From Candidatus Eiseniibacteriota bacterium (lineage in GTDB: Bacteria; Eisenbacteria; RBG-16-71-46; CAIMUX01): DNA of 64,000 nucleotides. Where the stretch lies: assembly GCA_046327845.1 (NCBI GenBank), contig JAXLXQ010000018.1, positions 1,085 to 65,084 on the forward strand. The letters are read 5' to 3'. This document shows positions 49,816 to 64,000 of the stretch, piece after piece; positions within the stretch are counted from its first letter, which is position 1; each line of letters starts with the position of its first letter. A program made the position numbers and the translations under genes. The notes beneath the pieces were generated by a model. That model searched no databases and had not been told where the DNA came from. It was given only the letters and a program-made list of their open reading frames with translations.

Positions 49816-51197
49816 CTACTTCAGGAGCAGGACCTTCCGCGCGTCGGACGCCGGCGCTTGGTCGAGCGAGTAGAAGTAGACACCCGACGCCATCCGCGCT
49901 CCGCCCTCGTCGCGCCTCGTCCCAGACGATCGAGAAGCGGCCGGCCGTCTCGTGCTCGCGGTTGAAGTCTTCGAACGAGCCGCCCGCTCGCATCGACCAG
50001 GTTGATGCCCACCTGCCTGGCGACTCGACCCGGTAGCGAATTCCGTCGACTCGAGCACCGGGTTGGCAGGTTCTGCTCGAGGAAGGCGCGCGCCGTGGTC
50101 GCGCGAGGCGCGCTCACCGCGGAGGCGGGATTGACGCGGTACTCGATGAGCTGCGAGGCGATGGCGTAGATCGGCTCGGTGTGCCCGTTGTTGTCGTACT
50201 GGCAGTTGGTGCAGGTGCTGCCGGAAATGCAGTTCGGATTGTAGGCAGCAAAGTTGGTGTACGGCTGCACGCTGTAGTCGAAGGTCGCGCTCGAGCCGGC
50301 GACGATCTGCCCGGTGACGTCGACCTCCCACGGATCGACCTTGTCCCCTGGGCACCAGCCGGCCCGCGGCAGCGTCCAGGTGCCGCCCTGCGACCTGAGG
50401 CTGTTCTCCAGGCAAAGTGCGTTCGAACGCCAGAGGGTGTGGGTGAAGTCGGACCCGTTGGCGTTGACCGTGTGCTGCTTGCTGCAGAACTCCGCGCAGT
50501 TGCCACTATTCCCCTGGCCGTGGCCGGTGGTGGTGACCCGGACCTTCGCACCCACCGCCTCGGGGTCGATCATCACGCCGATCGGCGCGAGCAAATCTTC
50601 GATCGGACGACTCGGATCGCCGTAGACCGCGTAGTAGTTGTTCCACAGGTTGGTCACTCGGTAAGGAATGAGGGCCGGCTCGCCCTCGACGAAGGCGAAG
50701 TCGATCGAGACGAGCCAGCCCCGCGTGCCGCCGATCCACGACTCGATGTAGTTGCTCAGCATCACCTGGTCATGCAGTAGGGACGCGTAGTCGCTGACGT
50801 CGAGCAGCCAGGTACAGGTTCCGGGGCGGCTCCCGCCGGTGATGTCGTACGGCGTGATCACCCGCGCGATCTCGACCGGTTCGATCGCGAGCGAGGCGCC
50901 GCGGTCCACCTCGCGGAGCACGCGGAGATAACCGATCCGATCCCACGGGTCGCAGTCGTCCGGTGTCGGCGGGCATCCGATGCGGTAGCGAAGGAGGATC
51001 TTCCGCCAGTTGCGCGCCGCCGGGAAGCCGAAGCTCTGTTCGTGGGGCGTGGCCCAGTTATAGAAGTCGTTGTGGAAGGTGTTGACCCAGGTGGTGTCGC
51101 CTGGCGTCGCCGCCGCCCGGTGCGGCATCGTGACGAGCAGAGCGAACAGGGCCGCTCCGCTCACGATCCATCCAACCCAGCTTGCTCTTCGACTCAT
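49816..51197 (-). CDS. PNGase F-like peptide-N-glycosidase domain protein with FlgD-Ig/T9SS-like sorting domain; 3' ~260 nt frameshifted
   Basis: [13 protein letters not shown]...[25 protein letters not shown] and [23 protein letters not shown] parallel Elizabethkingia PNGase F (CDEWDRYANVYV...FITPY, CAEWCFRTHTI, RAGWCPGMAV; from memory). Start at [22 protein letters not shown] with GAGGAGAG SD. The tail [22 protein letters not shown] is in another frame. Confidence 0.8.
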
Positions 51198-51428
51198 GAC
51201 GCTCTCCTCTTCGAGACTCGATCCGACGCCACGCGGCACGGCCACGCGAAAAGATGGCGCGTCGATGGTACGCCAAGTGCCTCGATCCCGTCTCCCGCGG
51301 TCACCGCGAGATTCGATCGCAGAAGTCGCGCCACGCACGAGACAAAGTGAGCCGACCAACGCGATGCGTGTTCCGTATCGCCTGCTCCATTTCTTACGAT
51401 GCGTGTTCGGAAGAGGAGGACCTATCCG

Positions 51429-52692
51429 TGCTCGCAACGACACCGATCCACGAGCCGCACAAGATCAAGACCGTCCGCCTGATCAACTTCCCCACCCTAG
51501 AAGAGCGGAAGCGCAATCTGCAGCGGGCGCACTTCAACACGTTCAACCTCACCCCCGCAGAGATCGCCTTCGACATGGTCTCCTACGGCACGAGCGCGAT
51601 GAGCCAGGAGCAGATCTCGGGTCAGCTGATCGGCGACGAGGCGTATGCGGGCGCGCGGAACTTCGAGACGTTGACGGCGACCGTCACGCGCGTGCTCGGT
51701 CACACCTACGTCTGCCCAACCCACAACAGCCTGGGCGCGGTGAAGCTGATCGTGGCCACGCTCACCCCGAAAGACTCGGTCATCGCGAGCAACGCGCGCG
51801 GGCGGATCGAACTCCACGCTCCGCGCGGTATCGAAACGGTGAACGTTCGAGACACCCAGGAGAAGCTCTGGACCGGCAACGTTGATCTCGCGGCCTTCGA
51901 GGCGACGATCAAGGAGCGGAAGCTCGCGATTCTCGGCATGCAGTGCTACGCCGACGGGCAGCATCCCTTCAGCCTGGCCAATCTCCGCGCCGTCCGGACC
52001 ATCGCCGATCAGCATGGGCTGCGCCTGGTGCTCGACATCTCCCGCGTGATCGAGAACGCCTGGTTCATCCAGCGTCACGAACCGGGGCAGGCCGATCGCA
52101 GCATCGCTGATTTGGTGAAGGCGATCGCCAAGACCGCGCATGTCGTCCTGCTGGACGGAGCACAGGACGCGAAGAGCAACACCGGCGGCCTGCTCGCCAC
52201 CGACAATCCGGCCGACCACGAGCACTTCATGAACGAGGTGGTCGTCTACGAGGGGCTCCACACCTACGGCGGCATGGCCGGCCGCACGATGGAAGTGCTG
52301 GCGCGCGGACTTGCCGAGATGTGCGACGAGCATGAGGTGCAGTGGGTGATGCACCAGACGACCCGCTTCACGGAGCGGTTGCGGGCGGCCGGGCTGCCGC
52401 TCCTGGCCGGATGCGACGGCGTCTACCTGCAGGCGAAGGCATTTCTCCCGCAGGTGAGTGCGCACCCCTCGCACGCGTTGGCGGCGGCCCTCTATCAAAC
52501 CTCCGGCGCGCGCGCGATCGTCCCCAGGCACACCGGCCGCGATGATCTCTTGCCCATCCAGATCCCGCGGCTCGCGATGACCAACTGGCAGTTGGATCAG
52601 GTGGCCGACGCGCTGATCAGTCTCCACCGGCAGCGAGAGAAGGTGGCGCCGCTCGACGTCGAGGTCGAAGGCCCTTTGGAACCTGCGCTTCC
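51429..52692 (+). CDS. Tryptophanase/tyrosine phenol-lyase-like domain 1 (PLP-lysine and phosphate-binding motif substituted)
   Basis: EPHKIKTVRLINFPTLEERKRNL, GDEAYAGARNF. PTHNSLGAV replaces PTHQGRGAE. DGAQDAKSNTGGLL replaces SAKKD...GGLL. Ends EPALRFRSVLADL after a frameshift and then runs without a stop into the next lyase copy. Confidence 0.65.
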
Positions 52693-56897
<4,205 letters not shown>

Positions 56898-56990
56898 GCG
56901 ACGGCTCACATCTTCGTGCGATGGCGTCGGCGCGGCGAGCGCCGCAATCTAAGCGTCGCCGACACGTTCACGCACACATAGGAGGAGTCG

Positions 56991-57287
56991 ATGATCGTCA
57001 TTCGCGATGAACTCAGGATCGCGCCCGAAGGAATGAAGACGGCGAGGGAAGCGGTTGCGGCGATGTTGAAGATCGAGTCGGGACGCGAGCTGGGCCGCGT
57101 CCGCGTACTAACCGACCTGGTCGGGGAGTACTACACGCTGGTGATCGAGACCGAGACCGAGAGCCTCAGCACCTACGAGCTCTGGATGCAGAAGCTCATG
57201 CCGAGCGATGCCTGGCAGAAGGCCTACGCGGGGTTGCGGCCACTCGTACGCGGGGGGAAGCGATCGGTCTATACGCTTCTGTCCTAG
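56991..57287 (+). CDS. Small hypothetical protein (98 aa), possibly alpha+beta-barrel fold
   Basis: TAGGAGGAG SD. Good coding bias. No motif recognised. Confidence 0.5.
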   Translation: MIVIRDELRIAPEGMKTAREAVAAMLKIESGRELGRVRVLTDLVGEYYTLVIETETESLSTYELWMQKLMPSDAWQKAYAGLRPLVRGGKRSVYTLLS

Positions 57288-57356
57288 CGCGGGACCAAGT
57301 GTGGCGCGGAGAGGTCGGTCGGCGGTGGGTCCACGCCGACCGACCCTCCCGTCCAA

Positions 57357-60300
57357 CTAACGCTTGATCGTGTCCGATCCGCCCTTCGCCTTGTTCGGGA
57401 AGGGTGGCGGCTCCGGCCGCGGTACCGGCCGCTCCGCGATCTTCTGCTTCAGATAGGCAATGGCGTGATCGAGCTGCGGGTCGCGGCCTTGCATCAGCGC
57501 GGTCGGGTCATCCTCGACCACCACGTCGGGATCGACGCCGCGGCCTTCGATGATCCAACCATCCCCGGGGTCCAGGCGGCGTAGTTCGGGATGAAGAGCG
57601 CGCCGCCATCGACCAGCGCGTAGCCGCCTCCGCTCCCAACCTCACCACCCCAGCTGCGCGTGCCGATCACTGGCCCGAGCTCGAGGCGCTGGAAGGCGTC
57701 GCAGAATTCTTCGGCGTTCGATCCGCTGCCGTCATTGACCAGCGCGGCACTGTATCCCGGGAACGACCAATCTTGTCGTGACCACGACTTGCCGTGCCGA
57801 GGTTTGAAGTACGAGTACGGCTTGCTCGACATCTGGAGGAGAAGCATCGCGTTGATGTAGCCGCCGCCGTTAAAGCGCACGTCGTAGACGATGCCGTCCT
57901 TGCCCAGGTTGGAGTAGTAGTGCTTGGCGAACTCACGGAAGCCCCCGCTGGACATGTCGGGGATGTGGACGTAGCCGAGGTTCTCTCCTCCGTGCTCACG
58001 CACGTAGGCGACGCGGCTCGCCACCCAGTCGTAGTAGCGGGCGCCCCGCTCGGAGTTCATCGGCTTGACCAGCACTTCGCGGGCGCCGTCGAGGGAAGGC
58101 TTGCTGTTCACGGTGAGCGCGATGGTGAACCCGGCGGTGCCGGCGAGAAGCGCCTGAATGTCCTGATACGCGCGGATCGGCTGGCCCGCAACCGCCAAGA
58201 TGTACTCCCCCACTTTCACGGACGAACCGGGCGTGAGCAGCGGAGAACGCGCCTCGAGGTCGAAGCCGTCACCAGGAAAGATCTTCACCACCTTGTATGC
58301 GGCGTTCGCGCCGTTCACCGGCTCGAGATCGGCCCCGAGAAAGCCCATCGGTTGATGTGGCGCTCCGGGCTGGTCTCCGCCAAAGACGTAGGCGTGGCCG
58401 CAGTTCAACTCCGCGATCATCTCGCCGAGGAGGAAGTTCAGATCGCTGCGATCCGCGACCGCCGGAAGTAGCGCCTCCAGCTTCGCGCGCACCGCGGGCC
58501 AATCGACGCCGTGCAGGCTCGGGTCGTAGAAGAAGTCGCGACCGATGCGCCAGGCTTCGTGGAAGATCTGCCGCCACTCGGAAACCGGATCGATCGTCAG
58601 ATTCCAACCGGCGGTATCGACCTTGCCCTTGTCGCTCGGCATCTCGTCGGCGGTCGCGTCCATCACCGTGAAATTTTGATCGTCACGAATGAGCAGCTTC
58701 TTCGAGTCGCCGGAGAGCTGATAGCCACCCATCTTCTCGACGACCACCTTGAGCTTCTTGTCTTCGAGGACGTAGGCGCGGAGGCGATTGGTGCCTGGTT
58801 CGTCACCGACGGCCGGCTCCCAACTGGCGAGGAGCAGTCGCCCCTCCACGCCCTCGATGCTCCAGTAATGATCCGCCGCGACCGGAACGTCCATCACCCG
58901 CGAGGTCAGCCCCTCGAGATCAACCTTGGTCGCCGGAAGCTCTGCCGCGGAGTCGTCCTTCTTCTCCCCCTTCTTGTCCGACTTCTTTTCGTCCTTCTTG
59001 TCGTCCTTGTTCGCGTCGTCCGCGTCCTTCGGCTCGCCCTCCACGTCGTTCTCGTCCAAGAACGGCGACTTCGAGTCGGCCGCCAGGGCCAGCGCGACCG
59101 GCTTGGTGTAGCGGTCGAAGGCGAAGTAGTGGCTCGCGCCCACGTAGCGTGGGTCGAAGTCGCGGTCGGCGAGGTAGTAGAGGAACTTCCCCGCCGCGTC
59201 GAAGGCGGGCGAGTAGCAGCTCATCTCCGGGTCGGTGACGAGCACGTCCTTCTTGGTCGCAATCTCGTAGAGGTGCACCGCCCAGTTCAGGCTGTCCTCG
59301 ATGCGCGCATAGGTGAGCCACTTGCCGTCCGGGCTGAACCGATACGATTCGTTGGTGAGGTTGTAGGAGGAGCCCTGAGGGCACTCGTCCACCAGCACCA
59401 TGGCGCCGCTCTTGGCGTCGATCAGGAGGATGCTGAACTCCCGGTCGTTGGTCGCGATCCACTTGCCGTCCGGAGACCACAGCAGTTGTCCCAGCGGCCC
59501 GACGTGATCGCGGGTGAGCTGCTTCGCCTCGCCGCCGGCGGCCGGGGCGAGCCACACCTGCTCTTCGCCGCTCTTGTCGGAGACGAAGGCCATCTGCTTT
59601 CCGTCGGGCGACCAGCAGGGGTACTGACAGCGGCTCCCGTCTTGGGCCATCACCACACGCACGTCGCCATGCTCCACCGGCGCGCTCAGGATCTGTCCCC
59701 GCGCCGACACGAGCAGACGCTTGCCGGTCGGGCCGAAGGTCACGCTGAAGAGATTCTGCATCGCGGACACGATGCGCGGGCGCGTGTGCAGGCGATCGGA
59801 GTGGAGATCGAGTTCGAGATCCTCTGCCTTATTCGTCGCGGGATCGAAGAGCGCGAGCCCGTTGCCATGCTCGAAGATCAGCTTCTTCCCATCGGTGCCG
59901 GGATAGCGCACGTCATAGTCGGTGAATCGCGTGGCGGCCTGCACCGCGCCGCTTTGCGGGTCCAGCCGATAGAGGTTGGCCAGCCCATCGCGCTCCGACA
60001 CGAAGTAGATCGAGTTGCCGACCCACTGCGGCTCGGTGTCGACGCCGGCGTCGTCGGTCAATCTCCGGAACGCGCCGCTCTTGAGGTCGGCGAGCCAGAT
60101 GTCATCCGCCTCACCGCCACGGTAGCGCTTCCAATGCTGCCACTCCGCGCTGATCGGGACGTAGGCGACTCGCGAACCGGCATCGTCCATCGCGGCGAAT
60201 TCGATGTACGGGATCGGCAGCACTCGAGGACTGCCTCCCGCGGCCGACACCGCCCAAAGTTCGCTTCGACGGCCGGGATTACGGCGCGACGAGCGGAAGA

Positions 60301-60715
60301 GAACCTCTTTACCGTCGCTGGTCCACCCCAACGCGAGCGCGCCAAACGGATCCCAAGTCAGCCGCCGCGGCGCGCCGCCGGTCACATCCATCACATAGAC
60401 ATCGTAGCCGCCGTCGTACTGCGCGCTGAACGCGATGGTCTTGCCATCCGGGGAGAAGCTGGCGGCGCTCTCCGAGCCGTCGGCGGAGGTAATGCGCGTG
60501 GCCGAGTGACCCGAGATCGAGCCGAGCCAGAGGTCCCCCTCGCTGGTGAACACGATCGCATCGCCGTGGATGTCGGGGCGACGAAGGAACTGGGGTTGTG
60601 CTTCAGCGCGCGCGGTGGCCGCAATGAGCGGCATCACCAGCGCGGCAAGTACGAGGGTCGAGAGCGCGTGATCAACGACGCGTTGCGCGATTGGCGCACG
60701 CGATCTTCCATGCAT
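57357..60715 (-). CDS. Tricorn protease homolog (S41 family; beta-propellers, PDZ, C-terminal peptidase); one frameshift near 57565
   Basis: FLRRPDIHGDAIVFTSEGDLWL, FSPDGKTIAFSAQYDGGYDVYVM and repeated SPDGK propeller blades. Start at MHGRSRAPIAQ with signal. After the shift the frame reads WIIEGRGVDPDVVVEDDP...DPQLDHAIAYLKQK and ends at the TAG at 57357. Confidence 0.9.
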
Positions 60716-60873
60716 GGCGAATCCCCCTGTGCGCGGACCGGGTCCTGGTTGGCGCGGCGCGGCAGGAAGGTAGCATGGCGCCGCAATCCGGAAGGGTCGA
60801 ATTGTCCTGATCGCGACGGCATGGGCCGCAATCCTGTTGACCCTCCTCCCGACGCTCGGACTAGGCTGTGTGC

Positions 60874-61959
60874 ATGCGCAATCAGGTCGTGCCTTCAGGA
60901 CTCGCTGCACTCGGAACCATTCTGCATTGGCGCCGCCTGGTGATCAGCATGGCCTTCGCGACTCTCGGCGGGCTGATGCTCTCTCCCGGATGGACGCCCG
61001 GTCCGGCCTCCGTCATCTTCCGAGTCTGGGAGGTTGGGTTCGTTGCGCTGCTGGTTTTCGGCGTGCTGGAGCGATGGCCGCGGCGACTTCCATCCTGGCT
61101 AGCGCGATGGGTCGCGCAAGTCGTCGGGGTCGGCCTGTCCGTTCCGCTGACCACCCTCGTCATCTACCTTTGGAACACCCCGCCGGGCGGGCCGGCCTTT
61201 TGGGAAGTGCCCGCCCGACGCGAGGGATTCCAAAACATCTGCGTGCTCGGCGCCCTCCTCGGGCCCTGGGTTGCCCTGGGGGCGCTGGTCCGACAGAAGG
61301 AGGCGCTGGCGCAGCATCAGGCGCTTGGCTTCGCACTCGAGCGCAGCGAGCTGGAGCGCGAGGTGCTCGATGCGCGCATGCGACTGCTGCAGGCGCAGGT
61401 CGCGCCGCACTTCCTCTTCAACACGCTGGCCAACGTGCAGGCGTTGGTGGAGACCCAGGCACCGCAGGCGCCGCAGGTGTTGCGGAATTTGATCGGGTAC
61501 TTGCGCGCGTCGGTGCCGCGGCTCGACGACGCGGAGACGACGCTGGGAGATGAACTGGGACAGGTGCGCGCCTACCTCGAACTCATGCAGCTCCGCATGG
61601 CCGATCGCCTGGAGTTCCGCCTCGATGCCGACCCGGAGTCCCTAGCTCTCGTCTGTCCGCCGGTCACTCTGCTCACCTTGGTGGAGAACGCGATCCGTCA
61701 CGGGATCGATCCCAGTGAAGAGGGAGGTCGAATCTCGGTCGAGATTCGACGAGGGCCGGAGCAGTGCACCGTTCGCGTGGTCGACACCGGCGTCGGCATG
61801 GCCGCCCACGGCGGCAAGGAAGGTACCGGCCTCTCCGGACTGCGCGAGCGAATCGCCCTCTTCTATGGACCCGCTGCGAGCCTCTGCACCTTCGCCAATC
61901 CGCCGCACGGCGTCGTGGCCGAGCTGGTTCTCCCGATTCGACCGGAAGGACGAGCATGA
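60874..61959 (+). CDS. LytS/YehU-family sensor histidine kinase (His_kinase plus HATPase)
   Basis: N-terminal TM segments. QVAPHFLFNTLANVQALVE signature. LVENAIRHG and VDTGVGM ATPase motifs. Confidence 0.85.
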   Translation: MRNQVVPSGLAALGTILHWRRLVISMAFATLGGLMLSPGWTPGPASVIFRVWEVGFVALLVFGVLERWPRRLPSWLARWVAQVVGVGLSVPLTTLVIYLWNTPPGGPAFWEVPARREGFQNICVLGALLGPWVALGALVRQKEALAQHQALGFALERSELEREVLDARMRLLQAQVAPHFLFNTLANVQALVETQAPQAPQVLRNLIGYLRASVPRLDDAETTLGDELGQVRAYLELMQLRMADRLEFRLDADPESLALVCPPVTLLTLVENAIRHGIDPSEEGGRISVEIRRGPEQCTVRVVDTGVGMAAHGGKEGTGLSGLRERIALFYGPAASLCTFANPPHGVVAELVLPIRPEGRA

Positions 61960-62738
61960 TCATTCGACCCACCGCGCTGATCGCGGACGACGAGCCGCTA
62001 CTCCGAGAGTCGCTCGCGCGCTTGCTCGCGGCCGCCTGGCCGGACCTCGAGGTGATCGCGATGGCACGCAACGGTCGGGAAGCGCTCCGGCTCTTCGAGG
62101 AGCGGCGACCTGACGTCTGCTTCCTCGACGTGCACATGCCCGGAACGAACGGAGTCGAGGTGGCACAACGAATCGCGCGCCGGGCGGAGATCGTGTTCGT
62201 CACCGCGTACGACCAGTATGCCCTCAAGGCCTTCGACACCGGCGCGCTCGACTACTTGCTCAAGCCGGTGGATCCGATCCGCCTGGCCGACACCGTCGCG
62301 CGCGTCCGAGAACGCCTGCGTGACGCGCGCCCCGCTCCGGCCGCGGAGTCGATCCTCGATCAGCTCGTGAACAGACTCCGGCGAGCGGACGACGGCGCTT
62401 CGCTGCGCTGGATCCAGGCGCAGTCGGGGCGCGAGCTGCGGATGATCGCGGTGGATCAGGTCGACTACTTCCGCTCCGACACCAAGCACACGGTGGTCGC
62501 CTGGCGCGACGAAGGCGGGCGACCGAGCGAAGCGTTGATCCGCACCTCGCTCAAGACCCTCGTCGAACAGCTCGATCCGGAGCAGTTCGCGCAGGTGCAC
62601 CGCGCGGTCGTCGTGAATCTCCGCTCGATCCGCCTGGTCAGACGCGATGACGCCGAGACGGCGGACATCCACCTCATCGGTCGAACCGAGGTGTTGCCGG
62701 TCAGTCGGAAGTTCCTGCATCTCTTCCGTCAGATGTAG
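61956..62738 (+). CDS. LytTR-family response regulator (REC plus LytTR DNA-binding domain)
   Basis: ATGA overlap with the kinase gene. ALIADDEPLLRE...CFLDVHMPGTNG...VFVTAYDQYALKAF. LytTR: IAVDQVDYFRSDTKHTVV...FAQVHRAVVVNL. Confidence 0.9.
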   Translation: MIIRPTALIADDEPLLRESLARLLAAAWPDLEVIAMARNGREALRLFEERRPDVCFLDVHMPGTNGVEVAQRIARRAEIVFVTAYDQYALKAFDTGALDYLLKPVDPIRLADTVARVRERLRDARPAPAAESILDQLVNRLRRADDGASLRWIQAQSGRELRMIAVDQVDYFRSDTKHTVVAWRDEGGRPSEALIRTSLKTLVEQLDPEQFAQVHRAVVVNLRSIRLVRRDDAETADIHLIGRTEVLPVSRKFLHLFRQM

Positions 62739-62939
62739 CCCCACGCCGCTCGCGCACCGGATCGAACCCATCGCCGGAAGTCATCCGCCCCCGTCGTGCG
62801 CCGTCGCACCAGGTCGTCGTTCGTCGCATCGTGGTGGCCCCTCCCGCTCGCGAGTGTGACCGTCTTCTCGCGGGGTCGCGCGCATCGCGGCCACGGCCGG
62901 ACACGCCGGCCCACTCCGCCCAACGCACGGAGCCTTGTC

Positions 62940-63371
62940 ATGTCAGAGGTCTCGCTCGTCCGACTCTATGTACTCCGCGCCACCTACCTGCTCATCGTGG
63001 TGGGGCTAGGAATCGACGTGCTACCCGAACTCTTCCACCACCCCGCGACCTGGAGCCTGATGCGCGGCGTGGTCTGCTGCCTCCTGTCGACCGTCGCCCT
63101 CCTCGCGCTCCTCGGGCTTCGGCATCCCCTCGCGCTGCTCCCGCTCCTCCTGTTCGAAGTGGTTTGGAAGGCCCTCTGGTTGGGCGTGTTTGGGATTCCC
63201 CTCGCGCGCGCCGGGCAGCTCGACGCGGCAACGCGTGAGACAGTGAAAGCCTGCGCCATGGGATTGGTGATCTTTCCGCTCGCGATCCCTTGGGGGTACG
63301 CCTACCGGCGGTACCTGCGGGCGCCGGCCGATCGATGGCGGCCACGTGCCACCGAAACGCGGGAGGCGTAG
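62940..63371 (+). CDS. Small integral membrane protein (143 aa, ~4 TM)
   Basis: Trimmed to MSEVSLVRLYVLRATYLLIVVGLGI. Hydrophobic segments throughout. Confidence 0.55.
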   Translation: MSEVSLVRLYVLRATYLLIVVGLGIDVLPELFHHPATWSLMRGVVCCLLSTVALLALLGLRHPLALLPLLLFEVVWKALWLGVFGIPLARAGQLDAATRETVKACAMGLVIFPLAIPWGYAYRRYLRAPADRWRPRATETREA

Positions 63372-63374
63372 CGA

Positions 63375-64000
63375 ATGGAATCCGCAGCTCCCGCCGTGCA
63401 GGTTCGACGCTTCACCCGAATCGGAGGCGCGCTCTACCTCCTGATCATCCTCGCGGGTCTGTGGTGCGAGGTCTTCGCGCGACCGCGCGTGATCGTGGGA
63501 GGGGACGCGGTCGAGACCGCTCATCGATTGCAGGCACTCGAATCCCTGTGGCGCTCGAGCGCCGCGGTCGAACTGGCCGCCGCTGCCATGACCGTCGGGC
63601 TGGCCTGGTGCTTGTACACGCTGCTTCGCGTGGTCGACGAGGGACTCTCCGCCCTGATGCTGTACATCGATCTGGTCGCAATCACTCTTCAGACTGGATT
63701 CGCCCTCTACCTCTTGACCGCGTTGGCGCCGTTGACCCCGGCGACCTATCTTGAAGTGTTCACGCCCGAACAACGAGCCGCTCTTTCGTACCTCGCGATT
63801 CGCGCGCGCAACCTCGGCTTCGGCATCAGCCTTCTCTTCTTCGGTCTGGTCTTTCCGATTCGGGGGTACCTGATCCTGCGGTCCGCCTTCCTGCCGAGGC
63901 TCCTCGGCATACTCGTCGCGATCGCGGGCGTCGGGTACGTCGTGAACGGATTCGCGTTGGTGCTCGCCCCGCGCATCGCCGGCCAGGTGTTCAACTTCGT
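63375..64000 (+). CDS. DUF4386-like integral membrane protein (partial; runs off the window end)
   Basis: Not in the track because it is open-ended. ATG at 63375 after GGGAGG. MESAAPAVQVRRFTRIGGALYLLIILAGLWCEVFARPRVIVGGDAVETAHRLQALESLWR resembles the DUF4386 N-terminal pattern. Confidence 0.55.
   Translation, partial: MESAAPAVQVRRFTRIGGALYLLIILAGLWCEVFARPRVIVGGDAVETAHRLQALESLWRSSAAVELAAAAMTVGLAWCLYTLLRVVDEGLSALMLYIDLVAITLQTGFALYLLTALAPLTPATYLEVFTPEQRAALSYLAIRARNLGFGISLLFFGLVFPIRGYLILRSAFLPRLLGILVAIAGVGYVVNGFALVLAPRIAGQVFNF

Noticed and set aside
58511-60943. 810-aa ORF on the plus strand
   Set aside because: Antisense to the tricorn protease gene, whose product has unmistakable family signatures. 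The shadow frame is Arg/Val/Gly-rich and featureless.

Overview
High-GC (~68%) bacterial chromosomal window with about 48 protein-coding genes. I recognised no rRNA, tRNA, CRISPR array or transposase/integrase. The taxon cannot be fixed from sequence alone. The recurring FlgD-Ig/T9SS-like C-terminal sorting domains, G-rich Shine-Dalgarno sites and multiheme cytochromes suggest an uncultivated FCB-group or candidate-phylum lineage.

Layout:
- (i) 1-9.9 kb: tandem array of three ~1100-aa secreted paralogs plus one deletion remnant. Each copy is preceded by a conserved, hairpin-rich ~230-bp intergenic cassette.
- (ii) 9.9-18.3 kb: glutamate dehydrogenase, an HExxH metallopeptidase-like protein with an adjacent lipoprotein, and succinate-semialdehyde dehydrogenase.
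- (iii) 18.8-26.1 kb (+): candidate sigma54-driven operon. It encodes two lipoyl-lysine-less GcvH-like proteins, a signal-less HybA-like 4x[4Fe-4S] protein, a HybB/NrfD-like membrane subunit, a heme-c sensor kinase, an NtrC-type activator and an archaemetzincin.
- (iv) 26.1-38.5 kb (-), convergent with (iii): the most interesting locus. It encodes an NHL propeller, an OmcS-like hexaheme cytochrome, a 6-7-heme cytochrome, a 546-aa outer-membrane beta-barrel, three lipoproteins, a 42-heme cytochrome, and a GT2 plus GT-C glycosyltransferase pair. I read it as a candidate undescribed extracellular electron-transfer or cytochrome-filament system.
- (v) 38.7-64 kb: methyltransferase, S8 protease, YpfJ peptidase, ECF sigma/anti-sigma module, H+-pyrophosphatase, PNGase F-like protein, tandem tryptophanase-like domains, CBM9/DUF5916 protein, tricorn protease and a LytS/LytTR system.

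Caveats:
- Several genes carry tightly clustered frameshifts although the peptide sequence between the shifts is well conserved. This points to local assembly indels rather than long-term decay.
- Many long ORFs in the track are antisense shadows typical of high-GC DNA.
- Many track ORFs are over-extended at the 5' end because alternative start codons were used.
- Motif coordinates that I indexed by hand may be off by 1-2 nt.
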